NCBI GenBank assembly: GCA_965217895.1 | Contig: CBDCJV010000002.1 | Location: 4,736,001-4,800,000, forward strand | Source of the DNA: Waterburya sp. | Lineage (GTDB): Bacteria; Cyanobacteriota; Cyanobacteriia; Cyanobacteriales; Xenococcaceae | DNA length: 64,000 bases | Reading direction: 5' to 3' | In this document: positions 62,808-64,000 of the stretch, piece after piece | Position numbering within the stretch: position 1 is the first letter of the stretch | Layout: every line of letters begins with the position of its first letter | Translations under genes and position numbers: made by a program | The notes under the pieces: generated by a model | What the model saw: only the letters and a program-made list of their open reading frames with translations | Database searches by the model: none | What the model was told of the DNA's origin: nothing

Positions 62808-63531
62808 TCAGTCTGCTAATTTTACTGCATTAGAACTAGATAACTCAAACATATAGCCTCTACCCCACACAGTTTTGATAAAATCACCGTTAAGATCGCC
62901 AATTTTTTTACGAATTCGACCGACATGAATATCGACTTTGCGATCGTCTCCATCGTAGTCATCTTTATTCCAAATTGCCGAAATTAATTTGGCTCGCTCC
63001 CATACTCGATTAGGATTATTTGCCAAGAAATACAGTAAATCAAATTCCAAGGCAGTTAGAGGAATTATGCGCCCGTTTAAAATAACCTCGCGCCGATAAA
63101 AATCAATTTTTAAGTTGTCTAAAACTATCGAATTATTCAGAGTGGACTGTAAATCATTTGCAACTCTTCTTCTAAATAAAGCATCAATTCTAGCTTTGAG
63201 AATTTGCAGATCAAAAGGTTTACTAATGTAGTCATCTGCTCCTCTAGAAAATGCCTCTAAAATATAATTATTATCTGTCATGGAACTGAGCATGATAATC
63301 ATGACGTTAGTTTTACGCATTTCTTCGCAGAGAGTTAATCCTGTATCATCAGGTAGATTGACATCTAGAATTACTAGGTTCGGCTCAAACTCTTGGAACT
63401 TTTCTCTGGCTGTTTTGCAGTTAGAAGCAATTTCGGTAAGATAATTATTGTAGCCAAGAAATCTGTTCAGCAAATGCTGTAGGGCTGCATCATCATCTAC
63501 AATCAGAATTTTTTTTTTGGCTTTTCGACAA
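62808..63531 (-). CDS. OmpR-family response regulator; 5' end frameshifted at an A10 tract (error, phase variation or pseudogene)
   Basis: KILIVDDD lies in frame upstream of the called start; [38 protein letters not shown] at 63531 is one base out of frame. Confidence 0.8.
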
Positions 63532-63869
63532 TATTGTAATAGTTATTCAATAAATACACTGGTTATATATCCTTTTGGTTATTAATTTTACTTCTCCAAA
63601 GAATATCAGAGTAAATACGCAATAGGCGACAGTAGAAGACGTTTTTTTACTCAATCTTTATGTATTAAGTAGTTTGTATAAAGTTATAGTTAAACAATTT
63701 ATATTACTCTGTAAAAACAGCAAGTTTAGCTTAATTAATCGAAAAACTAGAAAGCTTGCTTTTAAAATAATTAGTCAAATAACTTTAGCGGTTCTCATTT
63801 TAATAAGGTACGTTAATAAGGTACGGTTTTAATGCTCTAGGTTTGTTAATTAATGATAAATAGTTAATA

Positions 63870-64000
63870 ATGAAGACTCCTTTATTAAATGCTTTAAGAA
63901 AGTCTGCTCGCAAATCTCATGCAGCTTTTTATGCCCCTGGACATAAACAGGGTAAAGGAGTTAGTGATGATATTAAAGACTTAATAGGAAGTGCAGTATT
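63870..64000 (+). CDS. Orn/Lys/Arg decarboxylase (PLP-dependent), partial
   Basis: MKTPLLNAL...FYAPGHKQGKG N-terminal signature. Confidence 0.8.
   Translation, partial: MKTPLLNALRKSARKSHAAFYAPGHKQGKGVSDDIKDLIGSAV

Noticed and set aside
1..64000. CRISPR array, rRNA, tRNA or transposase
   Set aside because: No regularly spaced repeat-spacer units, RNA-gene signatures or DDE/HUH transposase ORFs were recognised by eye

Overview
Window from a low-GC cyanobacterial chromosome rich in the HIP1 octamer GCGATCGC (markers: ndhM, ndhO, apcF, flv1, glnN, amt, groESL with CIRCE). The first ~12 kb is an accessory biosynthetic locus that runs off the left edge. It holds a 2956-aa PfaA/PUFA-synthase-like iterative PKS (two N-terminal FabK/PfaD-like domains, KS, AT, two ACPs, KR, degenerate DH), the start of a second KS gene, and a divergent SyrB2/BarB-type Fe(II)/2-oxoglutarate halogenase (H-Q-A motif) followed by an MFS transporter. 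This candidate halogenated-lipid pathway is the best lead in the window. The rest is mostly housekeeping genes with many small repeats: MITE-like elements carrying heptamer arrays, and GC-rich hairpin modules nested inside each other, one set inserted in frame in a sulfotransferase. Other observations are a probable ACG start for infC, a LivM/NatC remnant with a deletion junction at HIP1, a GST pseudogene, an OmpR-type gene frameshifted at an A10 tract, and a kinase lacking its H-box His. No rRNA, tRNA, CRISPR array or transposase was recognised. All family assignments come from motif recognition by eye, not database searches.
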